Part shown: positions 35,391 to 38,329 of the stretch, in pieces
Numbering within the stretch: the first letter of the stretch is position 1
Layout of the letters: every line of letters begins with the position of its first letter
DNA from: Octopus sinensis
Lineage: Eukaryota
Direction: 5' to 3'
Assembly: GCF_006345805.1 (NCBI RefSeq)
Contig: NW_021835794.1
Location: forward strand, 1-38,329
Length of the DNA: 38,329 nucleotides
Translations under genes and position numbers: made by a program
Notes under the pieces: generated by a model
Told to the model about the DNA's origin: nothing
Databases searched by the model: none
What the model saw: the letters and a program-made list of their open reading frames with translations, nothing else

Positions 35391-35842
35391 CATGAATAAA
35401 ATATATTCTTCATTCTTCAGTATTTCCATGCATTTTTTGTTTTTGTTTTTTTTTTTATTTTGTTTACCGAATTGACTCGTAAGTTTTTTAGGATGCACGC
35501 TCCATACTTTGTTTTTGTTTCTGCTTTATTTTATTTTATTTTATTTTATTTTATTTTATTTTATTTTATTTATATGTATTCATTTTTTCTTTCGAAAGGA
35601 AGTTTTCCCAGAAATATTTTTAAAATATTATTGTTATATACAATATAGGCAAGTTTTTCTATTACACTTGTCTCACTTTGAAGATGTAATGTAAAATATT
35701 CCTGTGGTTTTTATTCTACTTTCAGCGAACCTGACCACAAAACTGTTGGAAATCGCTCGTTGTTGAGGTAAAATTTCACCTTCAAACAGAGAGAGAAAAA
35801 AATTACCAAGAGATAACAGTAAACGTGAATTTTTTTATTATT

Positions 35843-36059
35843 TTATTCTTTTACTTGTTTCAGTCATTTGACTGCAGCCATGCTGGAGCACCGCCTTTAG
35901 TCGAGAAAATCGCCCCCAGGACTTATTCTTTTTTAAGCCTAATTCTTCTTCTATCGGTCTCTTTTGCCGAACTGCTAAGTAACGGGGACGTAAACACACT
36001 GACATCGGTTGTCAAGCGTTGTTGGGGAGACAAATACAGACACACAAATACACACGCAG

Positions 36060-36094
<35 letters not shown>

Positions 36095-36251
36095 ATATAT
36101 ATATACGACGTACTACTTTCGGTTTTCGTCAACCAAATCCACTCACGAGGCTTTGGTCGGCCCGAGGCTATAGTACAAGACACTTGCCCAAGGTGCCACG
36201 CTGTAGGACTGAACACGAAACCATGTGGCTGGTAAGTAAGCTACTTACCAC
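35843..36251 (-). mobile_element. SINE family A, near full length
   Basis: Collinear with 13690-14113. Confidence 0.9.
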
Positions 36252-36417
36252 GTAAAAAATTCAAAATAACCACCAGCGTCGGGACCCAAACCCGTATATC
36301 CTGTACTCATATGAGACGCCTGATACGGACGGACAGCGGTGTAAATATTCAATATTTTCTATCATCCAAGAGTATCTTGTAACCCAAAATATTATTGTAT
36401 GTTATCATTTAAATTTC

Positions 36418-37030
36418 TAAGTCGGCGAACTGGCAGAATCGTTAACACGCCGGGCAAAAAGCTTAGCAGCCTTTCATCTGTCTTTACGTTCTGAGTTCAA
36501 ATTTCGCCAAGATTGATTGTACCTTTTATCCTTTAAGATAAGTACCAGTCGAATACTAGGGTCGGTATCAGCTACTTAAACCCTCCCCGAAATTACTGGC
36601 CTCGTGCTAAATTTTGAAACCATTATTTGTCGCTCTATATACGGCTGCGAGCGGGAAGACCTTAGTGCGTCGAATAAATTGCTGAGTTGCATTTTTCCGA
36701 CTCTTTACGTTCTGAGTTTAAATGCTACGGTGGTCAACTTTGCTTCTTTTCCTTTCAGAATCAATAAGCACAGGGAACGATGTAATCGACTTTCCCCACC
36801 TCCTCATAATTGCTGGCCCCGTGTCAAAATTTGAAGGCGTTATTAAGTCGGTGATCAAAAATGATCAGCGGCATTTCGTTCCTCTTTACACTTGGGATTC
36901 AAATTCCACCGAAATCCACATTGATTTTTCCACTTTCGCAATCGCTAAAATAGAATACAAGTTGAGCACTGGAGTAGATGAGATCGATTAGCCCTCTCTC
37001 CCAAATTTCAGGCCTGGTGCCCACTGTGGA
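36418..37030 (+). mobile_element. Three consecutive degenerate copies of SINE family C
   Basis: CTTTACGTTCTGAGTTCAAATT-like B box recurs at about 36482, 36704 and 36890, each followed by ATAAGTAC/GATGTAATCGACT-like core remnants. Confidence 0.75.
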
Positions 37031-37039
37031 AAGGATCAC

Positions 37040-37232
37040 TACTATATTGCGGATCCGTGGAATAGGCTGCCGGACGAGATAGTGAAGATGCCGACGACCG
37101 CTCGGTTCGAAGTCTCTCTTGACCAGAAATGGCCTGAACTCTTTGCATGAACACCCTCCCTGTACATAACCCCATGTCCCCCTACATGGCCTTGCTTTTT
37201 TGCTTTTTGAGCCAAAAAATTAATTAACTATT
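37040..37232 (+). mobile_element. Short 3' end of a second CR1-clade LINE family
   Basis: 37040-37150 reads YYIADPWNRLPDEIVKMPTTARFEVSLDQKWPELFA*, matching WN.LP.E.V....FK..LD..W. The tail differs from the element at 1-922. Confidence 0.75.
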
Positions 37233-37599
37233 AAAAAAATACTTCTTCGCCCTTTCTTCCAGCCCATTCCATTCTGAATTCAAATTATGCTGATGTCGAC
37301 TTTGCCTTTGTAGTTAATTCATTTATCAATATCATCAAAAATTGATGGCAGTCTGCCCAAAATTAAACCATTATTTATAGCTGTATTTTCCTATGGCTGT
37401 TGGTGTGTTTTACACGAGTTTGAGCATCGTATTCGACCCAACATTTGGAAATCACCCTTGCATATGTTGATGGTTGTAATGGTGAATTTTTTTTAATTAG
37501 CTACGTTGCGGACGTTTTTTTTTCGTGGTGACTTCTGTATTGTTTTCATCGTTTCTAATACTTATTCTTGAAGTTTTCATATTACTTATATATTGATTG

Positions 37600-37674
37600 C
37601 ATGGGTGTGTATATGTATGTATGTCTATGTATATGAGTATGTGTATGTTTTGCGTGTTGTGCGTGTGGTTTGCG

Positions 37675-37705
<31 letters not shown>

Positions 37706-37917
37706 CATACATACATACATACATACATACATGCATGCATACATACATACATACATACATGCATACATACATGCATACATACATACATACATACAGGTAC
37801 ATACATTTATACATACACATACATACATGCACACACACATACATACATACATACATACATACATACATACATACAGGTACATACATTTATACATACACAT
37901 ACATACATGCACATACA

Positions 37918-37948
<31 letters not shown>

Positions 37949-38329
37949 CTGTAATCTTTATGAACAGCAGACATTCATCAATACCAGTCAGTTCCCGTCT
38001 ATGTATTATAATTCTATAGAAGTACAAATACTCACACACACACACACACACACACACATTCAAACACACACATTCACATATACACACACATATAGATAGG
38101 CAGACTGAAAGATATAAATACACAGATAGATATTTACACATATATGTATTTATATAGATATATTTATATAATTAGTCACACTAATATATACATACATCTA
38201 TAAGCATATATATATACACACGCACACACACATACACACACACACACACGCTCGCACACGTGCATATATATATATATATATATAATAATATATACATATA
38301 TATAAAATTAGTCATAATAGTTCACCAAT
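37600..38329. repeat. (TACA)n/(CA)n/(TA)n field containing an 80-bp internal duplication
   Basis: ATACAGGTACATACATTTATACATACAC at 37791 and 37871. Confidence 0.95.

Noticed and set aside
13089-36251. Strand bias of young SINE A (minus) and SINE B (plus) copies as evidence of a host transcript
   Set aside because: Too few copies, and the two families point in opposite directions.
13866-36255. Recurrent ORFs containing RHLPKVPRSGTEP / CPRCHAVGLN
   Set aside because: These are antisense frames of the SINE A head.
2754-38141. Most ORFs in the track (poly-M/I/L/H/Y and YI-, CV- or MYVC-rich)
   Set aside because: They are stop-free frames of microsatellites, with no domain content or splice support.

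Overview
AT-rich, microsatellite-saturated animal genomic DNA, most likely intergenic or intronic sequence of an octopod cephalopod (inferred from repeat content, not verified). I could not support any intact host protein-coding gene, RNA gene or CRISPR array; nearly all ORFs in the track are reading frames through simple repeats or SINEs. The interpretable content is mobile-element debris: CR1, RTE and R4/Dong LINE remnants; pogo/Tigger, mariner and Tc1 remnants and a mariner MITE; a Penelope-type GIY-YIG endonuclease remnant; and at least four tRNA-headed SINE families with swapped modules. The most interesting signal is a set of minimal type I hammerhead ribozyme motifs in short Penelope-like fragments that end at (TA)n tracts: 1979-2021 (+, intact core), 14947-14988 (-, one core substitution) and 21821-21867 (+, one arm of a perfect 61-bp inverted repeat). 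Penelope-associated hammerheads are a known class; whether these particular families are described could not be checked. Also notable: a CR1 3' end shared with the commonest SINE, a 181-bp tandem duplication that copies a mariner TIR, and several motif-dense unique islands that may be regulatory.
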